Positions 1 to 10,375 of a stretch of DNA of 64,000 bases are shown in pieces (position 1 is the first letter of the stretch; the number at the start of each line of letters is the position of its first letter). The position numbers and the translations under genes are program-made. The notes under the pieces are model-generated. The model was not told the DNA's origin and ran no database searches. It saw nothing but the letters and a program-made list of their open reading frames with translations. Where the stretch lies: the IMG/VR virus record IMGVR_UViG_3300032305_003086, positions 62,599 through 126,598 of that record; one strand, written 5' to 3'. Origin of the DNA: a virus. Lineage: Duplodnaviria; Caudoviricetes.

Positions 1-528
1 GAGGTACAAGTTCTTAAAGATTGGGCTAATCAAGCTGTAATTGATGGGCAATTTGTTGATGGAGTTACTGGAAACTGGGACACTAAAGAATTCAGCAGAA
101 CTAAGAAAAGACTCACTAATCGTATGAGTCAAAATATTAATTATCCTGAGCTAGTTAAGACTTTGCAAGACCGAATTCGTCAAAGTATTCCGCTAACAAC
201 AGAAGCTCCGGTTATTGAGAACCATGGCAAAGACGGAGTTGTTGTGAGCGTAACCTATAATGATGGAGACGTTTATAAGCACAAAGATCCAGGTGTGGGC
301 GAAGGCGTGGTCGGTCTAAGGTGTAATATTCTTGCTAGCAAAGCACAAAGCGGTGGTACGGTTCATGTTGAAGATAAAACCTATGATCTAAACGAAGGAG
401 ATATGATGTGTTATTTAGTAACAGAACTTTATCATAGTGTTGATGTTTGTCATGGAGATAATCCACGAACGCTATTTATGTTCGGGTTTGTTGTGGATGA
501 GAATAGTTGGAAAGATAGCCTTAAATAA
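1..528 (+). CDS. 2OG-Fe(II) oxygenase (5' partial)
   Basis: Frame is open from position 1; HxD (YKHKD), distal His (LYHSV) and Arg (PRTLF) triad. Confidence 0.7.
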   Translation, partial: EVQVLKDWANQAVIDGQFVDGVTGNWDTKEFSRTKKRLTNRMSQNINYPELVKTLQDRIRQSIPLTTEAPVIENHGKDGVVVSVTYNDGDVYKHKDPGVGEGVVGLRCNILASKAQSGGTVHVEDKTYDLNEGDMMCYLVTELYHSVDVCHGDNPRTLFMFGFVVDENSWKDSLK

Positions 529-573
529 TTATGAACTACTTATATGTCAATATATTTAAATAACAAAGACGCA

Positions 574-581
574 TATAAATA
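574..581 (+). promoter_or_regulatory. T4-type late promoter candidate TATAAATA
   Basis: Exact T4 late consensus in the intergenic gap upstream of the virion gene cluster; AT-rich context makes a chance match possible. Confidence 0.4.
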
Positions 582-643
582 TTTAAAACCCTTACTCATT
601 TCTAACAAATTATAAATTTAACCTTTTAATACTATTATATTAT

Positions 644-1000
644 ATGGCAAATCCAGATTTAAGCAAAATATCTAGCGTGTATGGAAAAACTAGTGGAGTT
701 TTGGCAAATGGAATTACCACGGTATTGAGCAATGATTCAAACAGTAACCAAATTTATAAGGTCAACGCATTGGTTGTTGCTGGTGATTCTGCGGATGCTT
801 TGGGTTGCACAATAGATGTGTTTGATGGTGCAAGTGCAAAAACTTACGCAAAAGATATAGTAGTGCCATCAAAAAGCATAGTAGACTTTATTGTAAATAA
901 GCCAATTTATATTGAAGAAGGAAAATCATTGAGGATAACGCCTCAAACAAACAATAAACTGAATGTGACAGTAAGTTACGAAATTATCATGTCAAATTAA
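644..1000 (+). CDS. virion structural protein (paralog of 1009..1359)
   Basis: Beta-rich; shares VDFIVNKPxYxEEGKSLR...TVSYE with the next ORF; heads the tail-fibre cluster. Confidence 0.6.
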   Translation: MANPDLSKISSVYGKTSGVLANGITTVLSNDSNSNQIYKVNALVVAGDSADALGCTIDVFDGASAKTYAKDIVVPSKSIVDFIVNKPIYIEEGKSLRITPQTNNKLNVTVSYEIIMSN

Positions 1001-1008
1001 AGGAAAAA

Positions 1009-1359
1009 ATGACAGCACCAAATTTAAGAAATATAAGCAATATTGTTGGTAAAACAGCACAGATAACAATTGGTTCAACGCCAACAGTTATTTTAAGTAA
1101 TTCAGCAGACAGCAACAAAGTTTTTAAAATAAATACTTTGTTGGTAAATGGTCATTCTGTCAATGCCGTTGACGTAACTGTTGATATTTATGACGGAGCA
1201 ACGTCGAGACCTTACGGAACTACCACTATACCTGCTATTGCTGTGGTAGATTTTATAGTGAATAAGCCACTTTATCTTGAAGAAGGAAAAAGTCTAAGAT
1301 TATTAGGAAGCGTAAACAATTTAACAACTGCAACAGTTAGTTACGAGGAAATCAGCTAA
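1009..1359 (+). CDS. virion structural protein (paralog of 644..1000)
   Basis: Clear paralog of the preceding ORF; AAGGA RBS. Confidence 0.6.
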   Translation: MTAPNLRNISNIVGKTAQITIGSTPTVILSNSADSNKVFKINTLLVNGHSVNAVDVTVDIYDGATSRPYGTTTIPAIAVVDFIVNKPLYLEEGKSLRLLGSVNNLTTATVSYEEIS

Positions 1360-2273
1360 TGCCAGCGGCTAGTGGTTCCAACAGTGAGGCTGGTGGGGTT
1401 TGGCGTCTAGATGATGCTGAAGCTCTGAATAGGGCAGGCAGGTGGCCAATTAATTCTTCTTTATTAAGAAATATAACATATTTGGTAGTCGGAGGAGGAG
1501 GCGGTGGTGGAGGAAGTGGTTCGAACGGCGGTGGTGGAGGTGGTGGTGGTGGTTTTATCACAGGAAGCTTTGAAAAGTCACCAGGAGTAATACTATCAAT
1601 CTCTATAGGAACAGGAGGTGGTGGGTCTGCTAGTAGTGGATATGGGGCCAACGGAATCAACTCTTCTTTAGATAATATCACAGCAATTGGTGGGGGTGGA
1701 GGGGGTACTTATCTAACAAGTGGTTTAAACGGTAGTAGTGGCGGTGGAGGAGGAAGAGACGGTTCCGGAGGAGGATCTGGTATCTCAGGTCAAGGCTTCT
1801 CAGGAGAAGGCACTGATGCTAGCGGTTGGCGTTCTGGTGGGGGCGGAGGCGGCGCTGGCGGGTCAGGTCTAAGAGGATCTTATGATCAAATAAACTACTC
1901 TGGCACAGGTTCCCAGGGTGGAATAGGTTCAATTTCTTCAATAACAGGATCTGATCAATATTATGGTGGTGGCGGCGCAGGTTCATGGTGGGTAGGTTCT
2001 ACAAAGCCTCAAGGTGGACTTGGCGGTGGTGGAGGCGGTGGCGGTGGTGGGGGAGGAAACAGCTCAGGAAGTCCTGGAACCCCGAATACTGGCGGTGGAG
2101 GTGGAGGTGGGGTAATAGGAGGAAGTGGCGGAAGTGGCATAATTATTTTAGCATATCAAGGCCTTGCACTATCTAGTATAGGCGCTGGACTAGTATACAC
2201 TTTGGATACAACATCAAGAAATGGTTTTAATGTTTACAGATTCACATCAGGTAGTGGGAGTATAACAATATAA
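1359..2273 (+). CDS. glycine-rich tail fibre/adhesin protein
   Basis: YLVVGGGGGGG...GGSGIIILAY glycine-rich domain typical of phage tail proteins; N-terminal GxWxL...WP motif. Confidence 0.75.
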   Translation: MPAASGSNSEAGGVWRLDDAEALNRAGRWPINSSLLRNITYLVVGGGGGGGGSGSNGGGGGGGGGFITGSFEKSPGVILSISIGTGGGGSASSGYGANGINSSLDNITAIGGGGGGTYLTSGLNGSSGGGGGRDGSGGGSGISGQGFSGEGTDASGWRSGGGGGGAGGSGLRGSYDQINYSGTGSQGGIGSISSITGSDQYYGGGGAGSWWVGSTKPQGGLGGGGGGGGGGGGNSSGSPGTPNTGGGGGGGVIGGSGGSGIIILAYQGLALSSIGAGLVYTLDTTSRNGFNVYRFTSGSGSITI

Positions 2274-3103
2274 TGTCAAATGGAATCTGGACAATCCGAG
2301 ATGCGGAAAGATTAATTAGAGATAACCTTTGGCCGAGTATTCCCAAAGCTCCTTCCAATGTTGTTTTAGCTTCTAAAGTTGGTAAAATTTCAATTTCTTG
2401 GGTTATAAACAATGGAGCGAGTCCTGTAACCAACCACATAATAGAGTATACTGCGGCTGGGGGTTCTGCTCAAACAATATTGACCAACAATTCAAGCAAC
2501 TCATATGATTTACAAGGATTGACCAACGGAACCACATACTCCATTAGAGTTGCTACTATAAATGAAATTGGCACCGGACCTTGGAGTTCGTATAACACAG
2601 AAAGTCCAAGAGTAGGAATTCAGGGACATTTATATGGCAAATTCAAAAGGGGTGAACGTCCAAGTGATGCTCAAATGTTATCTGGGGATGTTTTACCAAC
2701 ACCTCTTTCTTCTCCATCGCTTTACTCAAGCATAAATTACGGGGAAAATGATGATAATTACGGATTTATAGCGATTGGTTACTTTGTTCCTCCAACAACC
2801 GGAACGTACACTTTTTATACAAGTAGTGACGACGGAAGTGCAGTATGGATCGGGAGTATAGCAGAAGCCAGCACAGGAAGATCATCCAACAACATGGTTG
2901 TAAACAACAATGTTACGGGATATCAGGGAGATACAGAAAGAAGTGGCTCTATTAATTTGAATGCTGGGCAAGTCTATGCCATAAGGATAATTCATAGAGA
3001 AGGCGACGGGGGTGATAATTTGACGTTTAGTTGGGCCGGTCCTGGCATAGGTAAGACAATCAGTTTATCAACATATTTTTATGCGAATAATTTCAACTCT
3101 TGA
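2273..3103 (+). CDS. FN3 + PA14 domain virion protein
   Basis: FN3 (LTNGTTYSIRVATINEIGTGPWS) followed by PA14 (GYFVPPTTGTYTFYTSSDDGSAVWI). Confidence 0.8.
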   Translation: MSNGIWTIRDAERLIRDNLWPSIPKAPSNVVLASKVGKISISWVINNGASPVTNHIIEYTAAGGSAQTILTNNSSNSYDLQGLTNGTTYSIRVATINEIGTGPWSSYNTESPRVGIQGHLYGKFKRGERPSDAQMLSGDVLPTPLSSPSLYSSINYGENDDNYGFIAIGYFVPPTTGTYTFYTSSDDGSAVWIGSIAEASTGRSSNNMVVNNNVTGYQGDTERSGSINLNAGQVYAIRIIHREGDGGDNLTFSWAGPGIGKTISLSTYFYANNFNS

Positions 3104-3117
3104 TAAAAGGAAATAAA

Positions 3118-3387
3118 ATGGCAGCACCATCATCACCAAACAGCGAAGCAAAAGGAAGATGGACGCTCAGATTTGCTGAGCGACAAAGAAGATGTAACCG
3201 ATGGCCTGTCGGAATAAATAATAATATTAATATAGGATCAGCTTGGTTAAACTATACTAAAAATATACCATTAAGCACAATTTATCTTGGAGCTTCTTGG
3301 TTAGACTATATGATAGTTAATGACTTACCGATCAGAAGATTTGGAATAGGATCAATATATTTAAATTACACTGTAGAACAAATATGA
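3118..3387 (+). CDS. small virion-associated protein with GxWxL...WP motif
   Basis: AAAGGA RBS before ATG 3118; N-terminus paralogous to 1359..2273. Confidence 0.55.
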   Translation: MAAPSSPNSEAKGRWTLRFAERQRRCNRWPVGINNNINIGSAWLNYTKNIPLSTIYLGASWLDYMIVNDLPIRRFGIGSIYLNYTVEQI

Positions 3388-3393
3388 GGATTT

Positions 3394-4752
3394 ATGAGTT
3401 TACTTAGACTAGAAGGTTTTGAAAAATATAGTAGTTTAAATGATATTAAAAATTATTTAAATTATGAAACATACCAAGTTCCGACAATAATAAGTGCAAG
3501 CGATGGAATAGTAACTCCCAGAAACAGCTTGAGTTCTTTAAAGTTGTTAAGTACAATAGGTTCGGGGAGTTATGGATATCCTGTTTATTATCCTAAATTT
3601 GGAATTAAAAATTTAACAAACCATACAAATGGAATAGTTGGTTTTGCATATTACGCTTACGCTCCTAGCGGAGGGAGTTATTCACCAACAACACCTATAG
3701 CGGCAATATGTGACCCAACAGGTAAACCTCACTTTTTCATATGCATAAACGGAAGTATGCAAGTGGAAATAAGAAGATGGAATTCCGGTGCTAGTTTAGG
3801 GTCAAGCAACACTATTACAGGAGCGACTTACACATGGAATGCAGATTTGACAGGAACTTCTATTGCATACGATAATAATTATTGCCTACAAGCAACGGGA
3901 TACAATCATCATCTTTCGACACCGACAACAGTTGGACAAAGTTGTCTAACAAAAAACGTTAGCTACTGGTCTATGGGCATTAACACAACGGCTTTACCAG
4001 TAATTTTTACAGTATCCGGGGCGAATGTTCTTGAAATTAATGCTTGGAACTATATCGAAGTAGAATATAATGTAAGCTCTACTGCAACAGGTGGCTTTAA
4101 TATTAGAATTAACAGAAATTCTAATAGCAACGTTATAGATGGAACGGTTTCAAATTTACAAACCACCACTCAACCAACTAATAATGTTGGACAAGTAGCA
4201 TTCGGGGCTTTTTGGGCACACAATACGGCAGGCAATGCTTTTGGATCAACAACCAACACTGCTGGATGGCCTTCATATTTTGATGATATATACATACTTA
4301 ACAAAGATGCGATTGCTCCTAATGACTTCTTAGGTAGCATCAGTTGCAGAAAAGGTGATTTCGATACTCAAGTAAGCAATACAGCAGCCGAAGGAAATTT
4401 AGCAAGTATAAATGATGCCGTTTTCTCCGGGGTTGCCAACTTATCTAATAAAATAAAACTAAGTTTAGCAACTCAACAAATAACTGTAAAGGCTGCGGGA
4501 CTAGCGGTAACCGACACGGATGTAATTCGTCTGGTGCAGCCGGTTGTTTATGGATACAATACCATTGTAGGAGTCCCTTTAAATTTTAAATCAATACTTA
4601 GTGGAACTGAGTCAGTAAATAACGAGATGTTTTTAAGTAATGATAGTATAACAGGTGGTGGCACGTTTGGTCCTGTGCTAACCACAGACCCTAGTGGCAA
4701 CAATTGGACAGCAACAAACTTGAAGAACACAGATTTTAGATTTGGAGCATAA
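3394..4752 (+). CDS. virion protein, possible lectin/ConA-like domain
   Basis: Thr/Asn/Gly-rich; NAWNYIEV and YFDDIYI motifs of LamG-like folds. Confidence 0.5.
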   Translation: MSLLRLEGFEKYSSLNDIKNYLNYETYQVPTIISASDGIVTPRNSLSSLKLLSTIGSGSYGYPVYYPKFGIKNLTNHTNGIVGFAYYAYAPSGGSYSPTTPIAAICDPTGKPHFFICINGSMQVEIRRWNSGASLGSSNTITGATYTWNADLTGTSIAYDNNYCLQATGYNHHLSTPTTVGQSCLTKNVSYWSMGINTTALPVIFTVSGANVLEINAWNYIEVEYNVSSTATGGFNIRINRNSNSNVIDGTVSNLQTTTQPTNNVGQVAFGAFWAHNTAGNAFGSTTNTAGWPSYFDDIYILNKDAIAPNDFLGSISCRKGDFDTQVSNTAAEGNLASINDAVFSGVANLSNKIKLSLATQQITVKAAGLAVTDTDVIRLVQPVVYGYNTIVGVPLNFKSILSGTESVNNEMFLSNDSITGGGTFGPVLTTDPSGNNWTATNLKNTDFRFGA

Positions 4753-4753
4753 C

Positions 4754-5494
4754 ATGATATATTTTATTTTAGGTCTTGATGGTCCTCACATTAATGTCGT
4801 TTCTCACATTTTAAAAAAGTGTGGACTAAATTTTAATGATAATAATGAAGAAACAAATTTAAAAGATTATACAAAAAACACTGTTTTGGAACCCTATAGA
4901 AGACATTTAAACGAAAATCAAAGTGAGTTAGATCAAAATTATATAAATGAACTTTATGGATTTATAAGAAATGAATTAGAATTAAATCAAATGACTCTAG
5001 CGACCAAAGAGTTCAGAGATTATATTTGTATTCAATACTTACTGCAATCTCCTGCGTTTGGTAAAATAATATATGTTGATTATAAATACGAAGATATCAA
5101 TGAAGAATTTCTAAATTCTGTTGATGAGTCAAGATACAAGAAAAACTTGCCACAAGTAGAATCATTTTTAGAGCTTGCAAAACAATCGCACTGGGTTGCT
5201 TTGACGATTGATTATAAGTTATTTATCAATGACCCAGTCTATAGAAAAGAAATTTTACTTCAAATCGTAGAATCTGAGTCTGATATTGATAGTGTTTTAG
5301 AAACTCTTTATTCCATAAAGACAACACAAGATCCTGATGATATCGAAGATACTCAATTTAACTATCTTGTTTCTCAGTATAATGATGATTTTGCATCGAC
5401 CTTGCTTTCAAATATTATAGAGGAAATTCCTCCTCAAGACATATCAACACAAGAACTAAAAAGTTATGTTGAAAATCAAAATTCAAAAACTTGA
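4754..5494 (+). CDS. hypothetical, possible degenerate sulfotransferase-fold protein
   Basis: N-terminal FILG...VSHILKKCGL resembles sulfotransferase starts, but the RSGT loop is not conserved. Confidence 0.35.
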   Translation: MIYFILGLDGPHINVVSHILKKCGLNFNDNNEETNLKDYTKNTVLEPYRRHLNENQSELDQNYINELYGFIRNELELNQMTLATKEFRDYICIQYLLQSPAFGKIIYVDYKYEDINEEFLNSVDESRYKKNLPQVESFLELAKQSHWVALTIDYKLFINDPVYRKEILLQIVESESDIDSVLETLYSIKTTQDPDDIEDTQFNYLVSQYNDDFASTLLSNIIEEIPPQDISTQELKSYVENQNSKT

Positions 5495-6266
5495 GTATCA
5501 TCTTACTAACTCTTGCAATCTTTCTTGTAGCGGATGTAGTCATTATTCTAATTTAATAAAAGGCAACACCCAAAACACAGAAGACTTTTTTGAAAATTTA
5601 AATTCTTGGTCAAAGTATTTAGAGATCGATAGGTTTAACTTTCTTGGTGGAGAGCCGTTTATAAACAAAAAAATTCTTCAATTTTGTGACATAGCTAGAG
5701 AACTTCTTAAAGATTCTGAAATTTCAATTTTTACAAATGGACTACTTCTAGAAAAAATAAATGCAAAAGAATATGCAGAAAACTTCAGAAGAAATAAGAT
5801 ACAGATACAAATGACCTATCATAGTTTTGATAAAGAATATAAAGAAAAAATAAAATATAATATAGGCATATTAAAAGCATGGTCTGAAGAATATGGCATA
5901 AAAGTTACTTATAAGGATGGAGTAAACAACTGGACAAAGCGATATATTCAAAATCAAGATGGAACCATATCGCCTTTTAACGACAATAATCCTTCGAAAA
6001 GTTGGGACATATGCTCATGTAAATATGCAACAACCATGGTGGCTGATCGGATATACAAATGTGCTCCGATAGCTTATTTATCCTATGTCAAGGATGTGGG
6101 TAAACTATCGCCTGATTTTGATAAGTACCTAGATAGTTATGAACCGATATCACACAAAGACTCAGAAGAAAAAATAAAGGCTTTTTTTGATGAAAACTTC
6201 AAGCCTGAGTTTATTTGTGGAATGTGTCCTGCCAAATCAATAAAATTTAAAAACAAGACAATATGA
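5466..6266 (+). CDS. radical SAM protein
   Basis: CNLSCSGC (CxxxCxxC), GGEP, TNG, C-terminal Cys cluster. Confidence 0.9.
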   Translation: MLKIKIQKLEYHLTNSCNLSCSGCSHYSNLIKGNTQNTEDFFENLNSWSKYLEIDRFNFLGGEPFINKKILQFCDIARELLKDSEISIFTNGLLLEKINAKEYAENFRRNKIQIQMTYHSFDKEYKEKIKYNIGILKAWSEEYGIKVTYKDGVNNWTKRYIQNQDGTISPFNDNNPSKSWDICSCKYATTMVADRIYKCAPIAYLSYVKDVGKLSPDFDKYLDSYEPISHKDSEEKIKAFFDENFKPEFICGMCPAKSIKFKNKTI

Positions 6267-7075
6267 TTACTTTAGGGCTTGTTGCTAGGGATGAAGGAAA
6301 GTATCTCCAAGAGTGGATCGCCTATCACCATGTTATTGGCATCAATAAATTTATAGTTTATTTACACAATTGCAAAGACGAATCAGAGCAAAATCTAAGA
6401 AGGCTTAGTATTCCTGTTGATATAAGAAAAAAAGAAAGCGAAGAACTTGGTTGGGATGTTAAGAATGAAATGTATCTTGACATAATACGATCATCAGAAA
6501 CAGATTACGTTTGTTGCCTAGACATAGATGAATTTCTACACCTTCCAGGTGGAGGAGATATTAAAGAGTTTTTGTGTAAGTTTAATAATATAGGAGGAAT
6601 AGCTCTCTATCAAAATGTTTTTGGTGCAAGTGGACACATCAATTCTCCAGACGGTCTTGTGATAGAAAATTATGTAAAAAGAAACCCTGACGATGTAGAT
6701 TTTCCTAAAAAATTTCCTAAATTTGATAAACCTTTTGATATTTTTAAAAATGTAAAAGTAATTATAAATAGATCATCTTTAAAGAAGATAAACAGCAGCC
6801 ATGATTATGTTTGCAACAAACCTATAGTTAATGAAAACAGTAAGGTGTTTCAAAAATACAAGTGCGACAGAAAGCTTTCAAAGATAAGGCTTAATCATTA
6901 TTATACAAAAAGTTTGGAGGACTGGATCTTTAAAACAAGCAGGGAGAGGTTTAGTAAGTCTTTCAAGTATCCAAATTCATGGTTCAAATATTTTAATGAT
7001 TTTGACTATGTTGATGAAGAATTAAAAAATAGATACTCGGAAAAAACAAAGGAAGTTTTAAATGCAACTATTTAA
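6263..7075 (+). CDS. glycosyltransferase (GT-A, family 92/2-like)
   Basis: DEGKYLQEWIAYH, DIDEF, RLNHYYTKS. Confidence 0.85.
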   Translation: MITLGLVARDEGKYLQEWIAYHHVIGINKFIVYLHNCKDESEQNLRRLSIPVDIRKKESEELGWDVKNEMYLDIIRSSETDYVCCLDIDEFLHLPGGGDIKEFLCKFNNIGGIALYQNVFGASGHINSPDGLVIENYVKRNPDDVDFPKKFPKFDKPFDIFKNVKVIINRSSLKKINSSHDYVCNKPIVNENSKVFQKYKCDRKLSKIRLNHYYTKSLEDWIFKTSRERFSKSFKYPNSWFKYFNDFDYVDEELKNRYSEKTKEVLNATI

Positions 7076-7838
7076 AATACTAAACTTAGAAACTATTAAC
7101 ATATGCAATAGATCTTGCTTCTTTTGTAAGTTTGGAAATAGAAAGTTTTTGGAAGAAAAGTCTACAATGTCTATTGAAGTTATTGAAAAAATACTAAAAG
7201 AACTATTAAGCTTAAATTACGAAGGATCAATAAGATTACATCATGTTAATGAGCCTATGATGGATAAAAGAATATATGATATCATCATGTTAATTAAAAA
7301 ATATTCTAGTTCAATTATCACAGAAATGACCACCAATGGCGACTTGATCAACGAGGTCTCAATTAAAAGGCTTTATGAGTCTGGATTGGATAGGCTCAAT
7401 ATTAGTGCTTATGAAGATAAGTCTATGGAAAAGTTTATCTCCCTTCAAAAAAAATGGAATTTTAAAATAAACGATATGCGAGAAGGAGTTGATCTTTATG
7501 ATAAGCTGACTAATCAGGGCGGTTCGATTGATCTTGATGAGAAATTCACAAGCTTAAAGTTAAGAAAAGTTATCAATAATTCATGTCTATTGCCTTTTGA
7601 GCAAATGGTAATAGGAGCAAATGGCGAAGTGGCACTATGCTGCGAAGATATGTACAAAATGCAGAACATTGGAAATGTGAAAGATAAAAGCTTGCATGAA
7701 ATATGGTTTGGAGAAAAGTTTGAGCACTATAGAAAAAAGCTAAAAGAAAGAAAAAGAAAAGAACTCGATCTATGCTCTAGTTGTATCTTTAGTGGAAAAA
7801 GTAAAAAATATTATCCTGTAGTGCTTGGTCCAATATGA
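7062..7838 (+). CDS. radical SAM/SPASM protein
   Basis: CNRSCFFC, NEP, TNG, SPASM Cys motifs (CLLP...LCC...CSSC). Confidence 0.9.
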   Translation: MQLFKILNLETINICNRSCFFCKFGNRKFLEEKSTMSIEVIEKILKELLSLNYEGSIRLHHVNEPMMDKRIYDIIMLIKKYSSSIITEMTTNGDLINEVSIKRLYESGLDRLNISAYEDKSMEKFISLQKKWNFKINDMREGVDLYDKLTNQGGSIDLDEKFTSLKLRKVINNSCLLPFEQMVIGANGEVALCCEDMYKMQNIGNVKDKSLHEIWFGEKFEHYRKKLKERKRKELDLCSSCIFSGKSKKYYPVVLGPI

Positions 7839-8623
7839 CTGAACTTTTTGAAGTAATAAATATAGAAACTCATAATATCTGCAACAGGAAGTGTTCTTTT
7901 TGCAAATTCGGACAGCCAGAATATAAGATTAGTCCAAATTATCTTTCAATTAATGTAATTAAAAAAATATCAAATGAACTAGAAAGTTTTAACTTTGAAG
8001 GAAGAGTCCACTTCACCGGAATAAATGAGCCTTTAATTGATAAGAGAATATTCGAAATAGTGTCAATTTTTAGCAATATAAAAGCTCAAAAAAGCATTAC
8101 TACAAATGGAGACTATTTAAATAATGAATTTTTATTGAAGCTGAAGGAAGCAGGAGTTACGCACTTAAATATTAGCATTTACTCAGATGATCATCTTGAA
8201 AAGATAAATGAAACTTGTAAAGGGTGGAACTACGGAGTGGTCGATATGCGTCCACATCAACAAAGATTATACCAGATCATTAGTAATAGAGCGGGTTCTT
8301 TAGACTTAACTAAAATGTTTGATAAAGAGATTGTTCAAATAAGAGATAAGTTATCAAAAGACAGAGGGTGTTCTAGACCATTTCAATATATTACCGTCAT
8401 CCATACTGGTGAGGTGATACTGTGTCCTGAGGATATGAGTGCATCATGCATTATGGGAGATTTAAAAAATAACTCTATATTAGAAATATGGAATAATCAT
8501 AAATTTTCTCTTTATAGAGAGACCTTAAAAAAAGAAGGTAGAAAAAATTTGTTTCCTTGTCAAAGCTGTAACTTTAATGGAAAAAAAACTAAAGAAAAAG
8601 GCAAAGAACTGTTTCAATTATGA
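7835..8623 (+). CDS. radical SAM/SPASM protein (paralog of 7062..7838)
   Basis: CNRKCSFC, NEP, TNG, SPASM motif. Confidence 0.9.
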   Translation: MTELFEVINIETHNICNRKCSFCKFGQPEYKISPNYLSINVIKKISNELESFNFEGRVHFTGINEPLIDKRIFEIVSIFSNIKAQKSITTNGDYLNNEFLLKLKEAGVTHLNISIYSDDHLEKINETCKGWNYGVVDMRPHQQRLYQIISNRAGSLDLTKMFDKEIVQIRDKLSKDRGCSRPFQYITVIHTGEVILCPEDMSASCIMGDLKNNSILEIWNNHKFSLYRETLKKEGRKNLFPCQSCNFNGKKTKEKGKELFQL

Positions 8624-9714
8624 TAATATTTAATGACACTGCTTCTCAATGGAAAGAAATAAGAAAAGATTGTCTTCTAGAAATAGATGAACTTCTGTCC
8701 TCTGAATCTGAATTAATACTGGGTAGCTCTGTCGAGGAATTTGAAAAAAAGTTTGCAAGTTGGAATAAAAACAAATACGGCGTAGGCGTATCTAGCGGCA
8801 CAGACGCAATAAAAATAGCTTTAAAAGCTCTTAATTCAAACGGAGTGATAATTCAAGCAAATACTTGGATGTCAACCCTAACAGCAGTAATTGATGCTGG
8901 GCAAAGATTTAGCATAGTTGATTGCGATGAATATCATCAAATGAATATGGTTTTGTTAGAGAAAGAATTGTCAAAAGGACTATTTGACACTGTGGTAGTC
9001 GCTCACATGTTTGGACATTCGTGTGATATGAAGCAAATGATGATATTAAAAGAACGATATAAATTCAAGCTTTTAGAAGATTGCTCTCAATCTTGTGGTA
9101 CCCTTTGCTTTGAAGGAAAAAAAACAGGAACTTTTGGGGATGCGGCGGTTTTTTCATTACACCCCAGAAAAAACCTAGGAGCTTGTGGAGATGCAGGGGC
9201 AATACTTTCAAACAACCCTATAATCTACCAAAAATGTAAACTTTTGCGAAACTTAGGATCTTCTGGCAAAAATAAACACGCTATGTTTGGATGGAACAAC
9301 AGGCTAGACTCTATTCAAGCAATCATATTGCTTCATAAGATACCATATATTGAAAAATGGAATTCTAGAAAAATTGAAATATCAAAAACTTATTCAAAAG
9401 AAATAAAGAACGATAGAATAGAGACTCCAAAGACAGCAGGATATTGTGAACTTAATTCTCATTATGCTTATCCTCTAATTGTAAGGAAAAGAAATGAGTT
9501 TTTAAGGCACATGCAAAGCTGTGGAATATCAACAAGAGTGCAGTATTCTACTTCTATTGAAAAATTAAAATGCTTCGAGTATCTTAAAATCCCAGAAACA
9601 AGCACAATGACCAACTACATTTTTGAACATACCTGTAGCATACCATTACATGCTTTTTTAAAATCAGAAGAAATAAATCACATAATATCTTCAATAAACA
9701 AATTTAATAATTAA
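8620..9714 (+). CDS. DegT/DnrJ/EryC1/StrS sugar aminotransferase
   Basis: SSGTDA, HMFG, EDCSQS, SLHPRKNLGACGDAG (PLP Lys), NNRLDSIQA. Confidence 0.9.
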   Translation: MIIFNDTASQWKEIRKDCLLEIDELLSSESELILGSSVEEFEKKFASWNKNKYGVGVSSGTDAIKIALKALNSNGVIIQANTWMSTLTAVIDAGQRFSIVDCDEYHQMNMVLLEKELSKGLFDTVVVAHMFGHSCDMKQMMILKERYKFKLLEDCSQSCGTLCFEGKKTGTFGDAAVFSLHPRKNLGACGDAGAILSNNPIIYQKCKLLRNLGSSGKNKHAMFGWNNRLDSIQAIILLHKIPYIEKWNSRKIEISKTYSKEIKNDRIETPKTAGYCELNSHYAYPLIVRKRNEFLRHMQSCGISTRVQYSTSIEKLKCFEYLKIPETSTMTNYIFEHTCSIPLHAFLKSEEINHIISSINKFNN

Positions 9715-9715
9715 A

Positions 9716-10375
9716 ATGATCATAACTGCATACTGTGGGAAAAACTTTAGAAAATGCTTAGAGCTAACTTCAAATAGTTGGGGCTTTTGTCGCAATTTAA
9801 TATTCACAGACACAAATGATTTTGGGATTCAATTGTTTGATTGCGAAACAGCAGATTTCAAAGAAAGCTGTAAAAGAAGAATATTTTGTCTTCAAAAAAC
9901 TTTAAAAGAAAATATTGGAGAAGATATCCTTCTTTTAGATGTTGACATAATGATTATTTCAAGTCCTATAGAAGTATTCCAAAATCCATTTGATCTCGCT
10001 CTCACAAGAGTAATAAATAGAAAAAATAGTATATATGAGGATGCAAATATAGGTGTTGTTTTTTGTAAATCAAACAATAAAACAATTGAAATGTGCGAAA
10101 GATGGATTGATACGACTGATAAATACGCACAAAATGAAAACTTAGGCAACCCTGACCAAACCGCATTAACTGACTTGGCATTATTGGGATATGACGGATT
10201 GATAGATCTAAAAGTGACTAACTTTTCTGAAAATATCTATAACTTTGAAAGAAACGACATAAAGAGTTGGACAAACGGAATAATCAAATATAAGCCAAAA
10301 ATAATACACCTTAAAAATGGAATGTGGAAAAATGAATATTGTATAAATTGGATTAAAAATTATGTTGAAAAATAA
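9716..10375 (+). CDS. nucleotide-diphospho-sugar transferase (GT-A)
   Basis: LLDVD DxD, NIGVVF, DQTAL, IIHL motifs. Confidence 0.75.
   Translation: MIITAYCGKNFRKCLELTSNSWGFCRNLIFTDTNDFGIQLFDCETADFKESCKRRIFCLQKTLKENIGEDILLLDVDIMIISSPIEVFQNPFDLALTRVINRKNSIYEDANIGVVFCKSNNKTIEMCERWIDTTDKYAQNENLGNPDQTALTDLALLGYDGLIDLKVTNFSENIYNFERNDIKSWTNGIIKYKPKIIHLKNGMWKNEYCINWIKNYVEK

Noticed and set aside
1352-2176. Pro-rich ORF 1352..1681 (-) and Trp/Arg-rich ORF 1985..2176 (+)
   Set aside because: Shadow frames of the GGN-rich glycine codons of the tail-fibre gene.
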